This document shows positions 39,042-50,735 of a stretch of DNA of 64,000 nt, one piece after another. Position 1 is the stretch's first letter. The number at the start of each line of letters is the position of its first letter. The notes beneath the pieces are model-generated. The model was not told where the DNA came from. It did no database searches and saw nothing but the letters and a program-made list of their open reading frames with translations. This DNA is from Trichosphaerium sp. ATCC 40318 (Eukaryota; Protista; Tubulinea). A program made the translations under genes and the position numbers. The DNA lies in assembly GCA_038496445.1 (NCBI GenBank), contig JALMLS010000436.1:49693-113692 (forward strand), written 5' to 3'.

Positions 39042-40796
39042 ATGATTTTACTACTACTATTCTGCTTGATCACGATTACCCCAACTCATTGTACGCTAAC
39101 ACCATATTACTATCTGTAAACAAAAACCTAACAAGCTTACTTTAGGTTACCCTGGTGATATGGTTGCTCATTTTTCAGGCAGTGGTAGCATTCAAGCACC
39201 AAGTAATGGCAGCATTCGTTATCAAGGCGAAGATTTCAGTAACTACTCTATCATTTCAGTTGGCGCATGGGTAAACTTTGACAGGTTCTCGTTGGTTTTT
39301 ATCTGCGGTTTTATTTTTCTAACGTGAATAGTGAATGTTCTTTCAGTGGAGACTGCGTTTATACTATATTTTCGACAATGTCTTCTGTATTTGAAGATAA
39401 TGGGTTCATGTTTTCTGTTGGAACTCTTGGTAGCTCTACCAGCCAACTCACGTTCCATACCTTCCACGACATGCAGAGGATAAAATATCCAGACGGTGCT
39501 TTAGATCCCTCGATTCACCCACAAGTGCCAATAAAAGAATGGGTGAGCAAGTTTATTTACGAGACGAGTTGTTAACCAAAAGCAGATTTATGTTTTTTTA
39601 TCACGTGATATAGCCAGCAATGCGATAACAATGAAGACAATATCGAACAACACAATAGTTAAAAGTGTAAATGCCACGCTTCCCCTCTCTCACTCGGACA
39701 AGGTACGCTATGAAATGATATAGTAGATGATGCTTAATAATTCACAAAAGGGACACTTTACGATTGGTGGTGTGGTCAGTGACCGCTCGGATGAAGCCAA
39801 ATTTGGATTTTCTGTAAGCTTCATTTGCTATTTGCCTGCGCTAAGCCATTGTTAAAGGGTGACATTGACAACTTGAGTATTTGGAACAAGTACTAACAAC
39901 AACCTTTTCACTATTTTGTAATTGTTTTAAAAAGGGAGCTATCAGATGACGAGCTTCTTGAATTGGCATATTCTCCCAATACAACGAATCCTGATTTACT
40001 TTACTTTTTTAACTTTGACAATGGATATGATCCAGTTATTTCAAGGAATAATGTGAGTGTGTCTTTTCTCGGCCAAGAAGTTGAAAGACGAAATTCGTAC
40101 GAACGGAATCATGTTTCTTCTCCTAATTTCGTTTAGTTCTCTTCAGATAGACACGCCAACTGCACCAACTGAGACAATGAGTCCTACAACTTTCGAGTTG
40201 CCACTAACTATTGATATAATTGGAACTACAGTATTCAACGGAAATTACATACTCACACCAAACCACAAGGTCACTTTTCGTGAAGGAGGACGTGTCAACA
40301 TTGCAGGTATTGAACTGTCATACTCATACTTTTGCTCATACAAGTTAAATCGAGGTTGCTTTACTCCTTCTGGAACACTTGTTGTCCGTACAGATGAGAA
40401 ACAAGACACAGAACGCACTTTATTTGAATACAGTTGTATTAATTCAACAGATGGATTCTCAGATATACTTGTTGTTCATAGTGATAGTTGTAAAAAAGTA
40501 GAATCTTCAATCAAACAGACATCTTCAAAATTCTCAGTTGCTATGAGCATCAAAAACACGTGTTCAGGTTGGTGGAAGTACTTGGTCATTGGCCTAGCTG
40601 TGTTGATCATACTATTGATCATTGTTGCAATGATTATCGCATACTATGTACCAGTACGTTTAGATAGACATACAAAAATAGTGTTCGTAAACACTTATGT
40701 TTTATTGAACAGTCACTCAGAGCAAGAATATTTCCTTTTGAAAAGAGACCAATATATGCAGGTGAAGCAATTCAGGCAGCAAAGGAAACAAAATAA
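39042..40796 (+). pseudogene. LamG-like surface protein D with an apparent frameshift near 39290-39320 (pseudogene or sequence error)
   Basis: Same architecture as B/C. Between the FD(K/R)F codons and the SN codons D has 29 nt, versus 24 in B and 30 in C, which gives a premature TGA at ~39325. Confidence 0.65.
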
Positions 40797-41014
40797 AACT
40801 ACACAGATGATTTATGTACAATGTTCTGCTAAAATGAAGAGCCTTTTATCAATGTTTATTGTTGCCTTTTTACATGACCATCTGCTGAAAATAAAAAATT
40901 GTTTAACTATTGTTCTCAGCTTGTTAAATACCCTGGGTTTGCAACACTTCGCAAAAATTGTTATGTGCCCGTGATAGACCAAAAAAAGCAGTAGTGACAG
41001 AACGCGTAACATGT

Positions 41015-41350
41015 TGCCGAATTTCAATAAAAGTAGTCAATTTTCAAAAAAAAACGTAATTTCATTGCGCTTAAATTTTGTTGTAGAGTAATACCAGTAC
41101 TTGACTTCACTGATAGGTAAGAACCACGTTCGAGAGTCACACTTTTGCAGTTTAGATGATTTTACTATTTCAAGTACGCTGCCAATACCACCGCACTAAT
41201 CACTTTTACCCACAAAGCCTTTTTAAAAAAAAAAACAACTTAAAAATAGCCAAGATTTCACTGATATGGTTGCTCATTTTTCGGACAGCTAGCATTCAAA
41301 TACCAAGTTATGGTAGTATTCGTTAAGAAACGAAGACTTCAGTAGCGACT
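41015..41350 (+). pseudogene. Truncated relic of a fifth array member (promoter plus start of exon 2)
   Basis: 41015-41200 resembles 38760-38940. 41262-41350 (gatatggttgctcatttttc..agcattcaa..accaagt..gaaga.ttcagta) resembles 39157-39245 with indels and stops. Confidence 0.75.
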
Positions 41351-42478
41351 ATAACAAGTGAGTTACTTTGGCTTTAACGGTTTTTAAAAATTACACCGGG
41401 AGATGCACTACATACATTAGCGCCATTTAATAGTTTTAAAATAGTGTGTTTATGAACGTATGCATTATCTAAACATGCGCTAGAATATAAACAAACCTTC
41501 ACTAGTGCTACAGTCTCGCTGCTCACCCACTTTGTTTTGAAATGAGGAGATAAAAGTTATACCATGCAAACAACATAGCTCGGTATCAACATTGAACGAA
41601 CTTATTAGAGAGGCAACCCTTTTCCGGTGAACAGACGCATTCAATCTTATGCAAGGATTGAAGTCACGCACAAAATACAATGTTATCACCTTCGGCAATA
41701 ATGGGCATACAACATTAAATGCCCGAAACGATAGTCGAAACATTTATAGCTTAGTCATCATTTGTATTAAATAAGGCTATGTCCCAAAAAATAAAAAGCA
41801 CGTGTTAACAAAACAATGAAATACTACACTAAAGCCACGTTCACAATTAATTTATCCAGTCGCGCTACCAAACTTGCGCTGGTGAATACACTGTGCTCTC
41901 CTTCTTTTGAGTCAGATACTTGAAGTCTGTGGCACTGGACCTCTAAAAGCAACAAAATTTATAACTGTAGTGGTCATAATCATCAGCATTCATAAAGAAG
42001 GATTTGCACGTGATATTGGTATTTAAGCAATCTATACTTTTTTCACGTGAAGAACACAACTTTATTTACTTCACTAAAAACAGTTCACAAAACACGAAAT
42101 ATCTCGAACAATATATTGTATATCATGTGATTTTACAAAAAAACTACATTTCCCAATACGTAGTGTCTTGCTTCACTCATTGTTTACTATATTGATTTCT
42201 TCATATTTCTTTGGATAGAAAAATGGGTAAAGCGGGAAAAACTATTTCCTTAAAAAACAGGAAACAAAGACAGCTTTAAGATCAAATAAAAAAAACAGTA
42301 ACAAATACAGATTTCTGAAAATGTACCAAGTGCTTGTAAGGCAACACGGTAGTTGTTGTGTTAACCTATTTTTTTTGTATGTATTTCGGGATACTGTTGC
42401 TAAAAAAAACCATAATTGACTTCACCCAAAATTTGACCATTTGGCCCGAAAAACAATCAAATTAGGAAACCAATTGCA

Positions 42479-45064
42479 ATGACAACACTTCCAGTAGTAC
42501 TCTTTCTTGGTTTAATATGTATTATACCGTATTTGTTCGTATCGGCTTCTTTTGATCCGTTGACATACCCGAACAAACAAACTCTATCACCTGGTATCTT
42601 CACTTTATTCTGGCGTGTTGATGAAGCAACCGAAGACATCTTCTTTGCTTTTGAAGTTAAGACAACAGGGTACATCTCCTTTGGTATTGGCGAGCCAACA
42701 AGTGGAAGGTACGTTAGATCTAATTGGCAGAGTGGTAGCATTGTACTAACTGTAGATCTTTTTTAGTATGGGAGGATCTGATATGGTTTGGGGTTTTGTT
42801 GATGGTACGCTATCCTCTTTTGTTTAGTCCTAAGATACTACTTTATGTACGGACTGCAATCTAACTATTGCTTATAGACATGACTGGAAGAGTTGAAGTG
42901 AGCGACATGTACTGTACGAAGGTATGTTTCAAAAGGTTCCATAAGCATTGTTGTAAAACACAGTTAGACTGGTGTTACACCAATCAAAGATTCTTGTCAG
43001 CATTGGAAAATTGTGTCAGGAGGACAGAGTAATACAACAACAATCATTGAAGTTACCAGAAAACTTGATACACAAGATCAAAATGTACGACCTTTCGTTT
43101 TATCTCTGTTACCTATTTTTTTGCCCAATTGATTTACTTTTAGGATCGTGTCATTACGAGCGGAGTCAATAGAATTGTTGCAGCATGGGGAACCAACGAT
43201 AAGTTTTCTTACCATGGACAAAACAGAGGTACTTGATGTGGAGTGTCAGCTTTGAAGTTATTGCTTACCTTAAGTAGTTGCAAGTGTTGCTGTGTTTTAT
43301 GGCGATTCCCCTCTTACACCGCCTTCTGGAACAAAAAAGGAATCATTTATAGCGAACGGTACTAAGCAAGTTTTTTGGTGTAGTGCACTTACTCTCTTTC
43401 TTTTTTAGACTTCGAAATACCAGCAAAAACAACAACTTATGTATGTCAGTACACCCAATTACAAAATCTTACAAAAGTCCACGCAGTGATGGTACGCGCT
43501 TTTTCTCGTATTTTGTTGGAACTAAACATTATAATAGTTTGAGCCAGTGATTGACAATAAAGATTATGTTCATCACATGCTATTTCATGACTGTTCAGGA
43601 ATGCTTAAAATACCTGAAAGTCGTGTACTTCTAGAATCATGGAAAGGTGCTGGTGCAGAATGTGAATCACCTCAAGTACGCTATAAATAAAATAACTAGA
43701 GTTCCGTTCGGTACTAATCCTATGTCAAAGGGTATAGTTGGATGTAGACTTGTGTGGGCTTGGGCAAAAGGAGGTCTTGGATACAAATTACCAGAAAATG
43801 TTGGTAAGTTTCTCGACTCGCCAACTGCATTCTATTCTTGTTTATTTACGTATTGTAAAGGTGTCCCTATGGGTGGTCCGTTAGATGCAACTGATATGGT
43901 AGTTGAGATTCATTATGATAATCCAAGTCTTGATGCTGGTATTCGAGATAAGTATGGTTTTCTTTAGCTCTGAAGTCTTTTTCACTCACATGTGCATTTA
44001 GCTCTGGTGTTGCTGTATTTACAACTACAAATCTAAGACCAATAGAAGCCGGTATAATCAGTATTGGTGATCCAGTTTTAGCACTAAAGCCTATCCCTGC
44101 TGGGACTTCTGATGTAAGCGAAGCTTCGTTTTGACAATAGTTGACTTACCTTTTTTGTAGCACCACATTGAAACAAGTTGCTCTCCTGCTTGTACAACAA
44201 GTGACAAATGGATAGAAGATGAGATTACAGTTATTGGTAGCTTCCTACATATGCATGAGTATGGTATGCCTTTTCAAAACCAATAATATAAAAAGATATC
44301 AACTAACCATCGTTTGTTTTCAGGTTCAAGTATTTACACAAACATAACACGTGACGGTAACACCGTTGCATCTTCAAATCACATTGACTTCTGGGACTTT
44401 GGTACGCCTTTTTATAATGCTGGACAATAGCGAACCTCTGTGCATCTCACATTTCTTCAAAGCATTCCAACAGTTCACACCCGTCAACTACACAGTATCG
44501 AGAGGAGATCGCATAAACCTACATTGCAATTTCGATGCAGCAAGCTCAAGTATTGATATTGTTTTCGGCACTGCATCAAGCCAAGAAATGTGTCAAGCGT
44601 ACTTGATGTACTATCCAGCAATGCCAAGAATGAGGTTTGTCTTTTTTTAGTTTTCTTTTATAGTCACCCTCATTACTTCTTGTCAGGTATTGTGGACTAG
44701 CTGACAGCGAGAATTTATTTTGTGGTGGATTGCAGGATATTGTTGCATCTGTGAGTCCTCCTTTGGCTAATACTGGTATGTTGTAACGTTGTTAAACTTA
44801 TCCTTTGCACAATTGTATTTAATACTTTTTTACAATAGATGAAACTGAAACTCGAGCCATCACGTTTATACAAGAACCAACCAAGTGTCCGGATACTTCA
44901 ATTAACGTTACTGACACAGTTATTGAACCAGCAAACACTCCAAGTAGTGGTTCAACAGATACTCCAACTGACGCTCTCCAAGCTCAACATCTTCTGTTAC
45001 AACTCTTACATCAAACGTGGTAGTATTTTTAGTTTTCTTGCAACTCTACCATCTGTTTAAGTAG
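42479..45064 (+). CDS. DOMON + copper type II ascorbate-dependent monooxygenase (DBH/MOXD1-like)
   Basis: Signal peptide, DOMON (TGYISFGI..MGGSDMVWG..RKLDT.D), Cu ligands VHHML, EIHYDNP, LHMH..G, G.AS.QEMC..YLMYYP. As written it stops at 45023; the hydrophobic anchor is in another frame ending at 45064. Confidence 0.9.
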
Positions 45065-46016
45065 ATTGAAAATACAGTTGATGATTTCGAATAAAGTAGA
45101 TATTTTGTAACTGTCATAGCACTGGCAAAGTGGAAGAAATCTTTGTGTGCTTTTTTGAACACGCGGTCCCTATTTACTTTTTTGTACAAAGATGCTATCT
45201 TTTTAGGAAGAGCTACCTTATATCCTGTACCAATAGCTTGAGCCAGAGAAACGCACAATGCATAGTCGGCCATAGATATTGAGTACCCAACCAAGAATCG
45301 TGATTTCTTGAAATAGTTCTTCTCGTAGAACTCCAACTATTCAAAAACAGTCAGTGTGGGAACATGTACCATGGGATTTAACTTTAAACAAACAAACAAC
45401 CATGTTGCATACCTCTGCTTTTAGTTTGTCTGTGATCTCTTTGAGCTTTTTAGGATCTGTGTCTCTTGCTTTGTACACTTTGGAAACGAAGAAATTCTCA
45501 AAAGCGAAGCTGTTACAAGTGTTGAAGATATCACTACGAATAGATTCGTATGCAGAGTCAATCTAAAACAGAAAAACCGTCAATAAGTTGTCGTTTCACA
45601 TAAAAAAAACGTGATATCACGTAACTGAATCGTTTTTTAACGTCATTTTTTTCTAAATAAGACGTACTGGTGCGAATGCGACTGAATTGTTTATGGGGTA
45701 AACTGGTGACGGATTCTTAATGCTAAAATACCTAATCGGTTTGTAAGCTGATATTTTTTGCGGAGAAAACGACGTTTTTTAATGTTCTCCTTCAGTCACA
45801 GATGGTACTTGGTGTTTTGGGTTTATTTTCAAGTAAGCTTTTTCTTTGTGCTCACCGTTAAGTAAATCTACAGGCTAACAGATACTGTATTAGCCAAACA
45901 AGGTGTTTCTCTTTGTTGCTGAGTACCTTGAGAGTTATATCAGCGCCAGTAGCGAGAGCGCCGATATGAGCAATACGACATGGAGCAGATAGAGCGAGGT
46001 AGTGAATAGTAGCCAT
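45046..46016 (-). pseudogene. Glutathione S-transferase (theta/delta-like), apparently disrupted
   Basis: MATIHYLALSAPCR.., VDLLNGEHKEKAYLKINPKHQVP, FLVG.SISMADY. Exon 2 reads VTEGEH* with no visible donor or ES.AI motif. The C-terminus runs into a dispersed repeat. Confidence 0.7.
45066..45117. repeat. Direct repeat copy 1 (partner at 50340-50394)
   Basis: Core ttcgaataaagtagatattttgt(a/t)actgtcat is 31/32 identical between 45086-45117 and 50363-50394, with looser ttgaaaa..t.gatgattt similarity upstream. Confidence 0.8.
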
Positions 46017-46559
46017 TGGGGTTGTTGGTTTTTGAGATAATGATGAAATGGTGGCAAGTGAGAAAGACGGACAGTTTCTTAAAAAGGAAAGTCAGCCGAG
46101 AAAGTTGTTTAAAAAAGGATGTCCTCCTCGGGACATTCCGCGGCTTCTCTTAATCTAATTGTTGCACATCCTTAAACCAAATATATTATTGTAACACTGT
46201 CATATGCGTAGTAAGTATGAGTGGTGACCTTTAAATCCTGCTTTCCATTTTAACCAAAAAACGTCATAACACGTTTGCAATCTATGAATAATTATTTTTC
46301 TGTTACAGTGATGCCTTAATTAAGACCTTTTTAGCGAATACCTTCTTAGTGAAACGTTTGTATACCTTAGAGGAAAATGTGAGTTGCCAATCAAGGGTCA
46401 CAAGTTGTCCAGTTTTCAACAAACAGTAGTTGGTTTCTGATCAGTTACCTAAAATAAATAGTCCAGAACATTTACGCTTATTTATTAGATTTAATCAGTG
46501 TACAAGTAGTGTAGGAGTAGATATTAATAGTATCACCTTCTAATGATTCTGAATACCTT

Positions 46560-46740
46560 GATCGTTCAGTATGTCCAGATCAAAATGGCTCGCCCTTGAA
46601 ACTACAGCTCACCTTTTGATTGAGTGCCACTGCCTAAAGCGCATTTAGGCCTTAAGCGCCTTGGCACCCGTGTCAGCCATATTTGGGACACTTAACAAGG
46701 GATATAGTATGCATCTTGACTGGGCTAAAAGGCTAACTTC
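46560..46740 (+). mobile_element. Possible degenerate 3' end of a non-LTR retrotransposon (zinc-knuckle remnant)
   Basis: Translation LETTAHLLIECHCLKRI* resembles the ET..HLL..C motif C-terminal to LINE reverse transcriptases. No RT core is visible. Confidence 0.3.
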
Positions 46741-47031
46741 TTCCGCCGTCAATTTGAGACATGACCATCAAGAAGTTGAGTATTTTCATCACTATAGCGG
46801 TACACTATATCTTTCTTTGTTCCGCTGAGATCTTACAAAGATTGGATACAAGATGCTTGATAACGGACAACAACAACCAAGTCACGTGATTGATCGTAAA
46901 AATCCTTCGAAACGGTTCAAGCAATGTTCACAAACTAATAAAGGCTCACGTGCCCAAAACTACTTTTTCAGTCTGGAAAAAAAAAGAACAAAGACAAAAT
47001 GAAGGTGACTTGGGGTGGGTTTATTGTTAAC

Positions 47032-47425
47032 TCATTTTCTGCATTCCATATCTGCGCAAGTAGCATAAGATAGGAGGCAATCGTAAAGTTCATTTCCATG
47101 ATCACTACACTTTTTGAATGCTGTAGTGCAAAACTCTAAGCAAGGATCTTTTTCAGTGCGATGTACCCACATTTCAGGGGGACAGTGGGTTACACAATCT
47201 TCATAGGTATCTTTACATTGACTTATTTCGGTAGTTGGTGCTAGCTGGTTACAATTATCTAGCGCTTGAGCACAGTCTTTAGAACATTGTCTACTTGGTT
47301 CAACTTTTTGTTGACACTACAGAAAGTAAGCTACAGAATTGTGTTGTAATCTCTCTCTCGGTAAATCGTACGGCACAGAGTAAAACAAGAGCGAGAAGGG
47401 ATATTAGTAGCGAGAAGTGGTGCAT
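47032..47425 (-). CDS. Small secreted Cys-rich protein with two CX3CX6C..CX6CX3-4C modules, 2 exons
   Basis: MHHFSLLISLLALVLLCA|CQQKVEPSRQCSKDCAQALDNCNQLAPTTEISQCKDTYEDCVTHCPPEMWVHRTEKDPCLEFCTTAFKKCSDHGNELYDCLLSYATCADMECRK*. Intron GTACGA..TGTAG. Confidence 0.82.
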
Positions 47426-48704
47426 TTGTTGTAAAATGATTGTTTTATGAAGCTTCAAAATAGAGTCAAAAGAATGTGAAACAATTACCGTGAAAATACG
47501 TCTCGAGAATTTCCATCTTGAATGCACAGTCATTGTTTAGTTTTGTTTGTGTTGTCAGGGTTTAATGGTTCCACATAAAAGGTATCATTAAAACGAGATG
47601 TTAACCACTAAAATGGGGTAACTGAAAACAGCAAACGACAACCGGCATTTACCACAAAAATTGTGGATTCTTTGACAAGCAATTTTGAGTATAGGACAGC
47701 GACGCAAGATGATATAGAGTGCTATTAGCTTTCGGTCGGGACTACCCGACATACACGAAAAATCACGTAGACACAAAAGATCACGTGATCATAAAACGAC
47801 GTCAAAATCTTAAAACGTATTTACAAGCGCTGATTTTTTTTGTTGTCTTTTTATGCTTCCTCACTCATACACACAGCTAGCCTAAAGAAAAGTGAACTGC
47901 TAAAGAAAGTGGGGTTTGTATGCATCAACCAAAGACAGAATTTCAGAAAAAACTATTCTGTATGTCGTCAATTTAGCTAATTTGTTAAATAGTTTTTTAT
48001 GCTTACAAACTCCCCAAAACACGCCAATTCCAACAATCCTAACGTGACGCACGTAAAAGCAATGGACAAAAACAAAAACTAGTATCATTACTACAGAAGT
48101 TCGGAAGAATTGCAACTGTTTAGAGATCACCAAGGTACGAAAAAAAGTTGCTTATACTATACTATAGCAAGTACACGTACATATTTTCTAAGAACTTGTA
48201 ACGTTTGCAAACCGTGAAGTATCGCCTGATTCACGGACAAATATAAACATAAAAAACCAACTTCTCGTTCTTTTTTTGCCTTTCTTTTTTGGGTTGAAGT
48301 AACAATTCACTACGTAAAAAATCTGGTTGGCTCTAAGCTACAGCATGGAATTTGACTACAAACCTGAGACATTCCACAGGAGGAGTCGCTGCGTATCAAG
48401 CAGAATAGAGTTCTTCTACCTAAAACACTCACTCAAGCTGCATGAGCTATAATTTTTATCCCTGTAGCGGAAGTTCTCTTTACCGCAGTAGATATTAAAT
48501 ATTGCAATAACATGTGGGCACCTGCTAGTGATGATATGCTTGTATATCAATAAAAACGAGTAATGAAACGTTCCAATTTTCTTCAGAACGAAATATGAGC
48601 TCTCAACCTTTTTGGTGCCACATCCGTAACAGCAACCAAGGATGCCCTTGGCATCCCACTAGTACATGACAGTAATTGCATGTAAAGAAATGTATTGAAA
48701 TTAA

Positions 48705-48810
48705 AGTAAAGGTGTTAGAGCTAACTGGTCTTCATTAAATTAATTGTTCATGTACATGAGTAACAGATGATGGCGTGAAAGCCTTGGCTGGTGCTCATAC
48801 AATTGGTAGT
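48705..48810 (+). pseudogene. Inverted, decayed LRR units abutting the F-box/LRR stop codon
   Basis: Plus strand reads KGVRA.TGLH*INCSCT*VTDDGVKALAGAHTIG, the same unit as in the minus-strand gene. Confidence 0.75.
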
Positions 48811-50211
48811 TTAAAAGATTACAATCCTAGCAAGAGGCTTGATTTTCTTAGGTGTAAGTTGGAAACAAAGGCGTAGCTCAATTAAATGAACTCCAGCCAA
48901 TACTTGTATGCCTTCATCTGTGATGTGCTTATTACCACATAAAGTAATGGTGTGAACACCAGCCAACGCTTTAATACCTTCATCAGTTATACCTTTACAA
49001 TGATCTAACCTTATGTCATGAACACCAGCCAAAGCCTTAATACCTTCATCTGTTATATATTTACAATGGCTTAAATCAATTGTATGAACGCCAGCCAATG
49101 CTTTCACACCATCATCTGTAACTGCAGTGCATGAAAGATTAATGGTATGAACACCAGCCAATGATTTAATACCTTCATCAGTTATACCTTTACAATGATC
49201 TAACCTTATGTCATGAACACCAGCCAAAGCCTTAATACCTTCACCTGTTATAAAGCAACCACTTAACTCTATTTTTTGAATACCAACTAATGCTCTGATT
49301 CCTTCATCTGTAATACAGTGACAAAAACATAAATTAATTGTGTGAATACCAATCAACGATTTTATACCATCATCTGTAATTTTTGTCCTTGAAAGATTAA
49401 TCGTATGAACACCAGCCAAAGATTTAACACCTTCATCTGTGATGTGCTTATTACCACCTAAAGCAATGGTATGAACACCAGCCAACGCTATAATACCTTC
49501 ATCAGTTAAACCTTCACAATGCAATAAAGTTATTTCATGAACACCAACCAAAAATTTTACACCATCATCTGTAACTTTTGTCCTTGAAATGTCAATTGTA
49601 TGAACACCAGTCAATGCTTTCACACCATCATCTGTAACTGCAGTGCATGAAAGATCAATGGTATGAACACCAGCCAATGATTTAATGCCTTCATCTGTAA
49701 TACTTTGACAATTGTGTAAATCAATAGTGTGGACACCAGCTAATGCTTTAACACCTTCATCTGTAATTAGTGAACACCAACAACCAATTTTATGTATCCC
49801 TGCGAGTTGTTTAACATGATTGTCAGTCACCATTCTGTAATGCTTAAAGGTTATACCAACAAGGACTTTAAAGTTTGTAAAATCAACACTCTTGCTAACT
49901 TTGTACAGTTCTAATGCATAAGCGCCTTGAAGGTACTTTAAATCATCTGTTTTTCTGATTTTGAAATGAATAGAAATTGTCTTTGTCTTTATCAGGAATG
50001 GAGCTTCCTGAAACAGCTTTTTAAGCTTCTTTTTTGTCTTTATCACAATGTCTCCTCCCCCTTTTTTGTATCCCAAGTGCTGTGTAGCGATATTGGATAA
50101 TAATCGAGAAGTATGTACAACCGAGTGCATAGATAACTCGGGAACAAACTGTAGAATAAGAACAATAATCTCAATGGGAATCTCGTTAAAGAATGCGGTG
50201 TTTGACTCCAT
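48811..50211 (-). CDS. F-box / cysteine-containing LRR protein, intronless
   Basis: F-box FNEIPIEIIVLILQFV..SVVHTSRLL, then ~15 highly similar 21-22 aa repeats (ITDEGIKALAGVHTIDL..C). Confidence 0.92.
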   Translation of the reverse strand: MESNTAFFNEIPIEIIVLILQFVPELSMHSVVHTSRLLSNIATQHLGYKKGGGDIVIKTKKKLKKLFQEAPFLIKTKTISIHFKIRKTDDLKYLQGAYALELYKVSKSVDFTNFKVLVGITFKHYRMVTDNHVKQLAGIHKIGCWCSLITDEGVKALAGVHTIDLHNCQSITDEGIKSLAGVHTIDLSCTAVTDDGVKALTGVHTIDISRTKVTDDGVKFLVGVHEITLLHCEGLTDEGIIALAGVHTIALGGNKHITDEGVKSLAGVHTINLSRTKITDDGIKSLIGIHTINLCFCHCITDEGIRALVGIQKIELSGCFITGEGIKALAGVHDIRLDHCKGITDEGIKSLAGVHTINLSCTAVTDDGVKALAGVHTIDLSHCKYITDEGIKALAGVHDIRLDHCKGITDEGIKALAGVHTITLCGNKHITDEGIQVLAGVHLIELRLCFQLTPKKIKPLARIVIF

Positions 50212-50339
50212 TTTATTACGTTGTTGTTATGTACGCTTTAGAGGATGTAATGATAGATTGCTAGGAATATCACGGTAATGCGTTTCCACGTGTTTTCAAA
50301 TATGACCGACGTTGACATTAAACTCTTTCCGGTAGTAAG

Positions 50340-50394
50340 TTGAAAAATTATGGATGATTTACTTCGAATAAAGTAGATATTTTGTTACTGTCAT
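50340..50394. repeat. Direct repeat copy 2 (partner at 45066-45117)
   Basis: See copy 1; same orientation. Confidence 0.8.
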
Positions 50395-50735
50395 TTATTA
50401 TCTCATAGTACATTTTCCGCTGTTGACAGCGTACTCACTCATTAAGTTCAACAATAACCCATTTTTTTGAAGTTTATTACTGTACAGGGCGACATAGTTC
50501 TTACCAAACTGTTCTATCCAATCCTCAACATAACAATTCTTAACTCCGAAAAATACCAAACCTATTATATTAAGTCTGTGTTAAGGAGAGCTAACGGATA
50601 GATATGCGAATACCACTATTCGTGCCAAAGCTTTTGCTTCGTGGTTTAATACTTGAAAAGAGAATCAAGCAACAAAGAGCGATTAATTGTCAAAGATTGC
50701 TGTTTATTTGTTTTGCACGTGATTGTAATCGGTGT

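Noticed and set aside
45076-45117. Box C/D snoRNA reading of the direct repeat (TGATGA-like start)
   Set aside because: No properly placed box D (CTGA) or terminal stem, and the box C is not intact in the second copy.
48811-49760. Regular 63-66 bp repeats resembling a CRISPR array or satellite
   Set aside because: They are in-frame LRR coding units with no unique spacers, in a eukaryotic context without cas genes.
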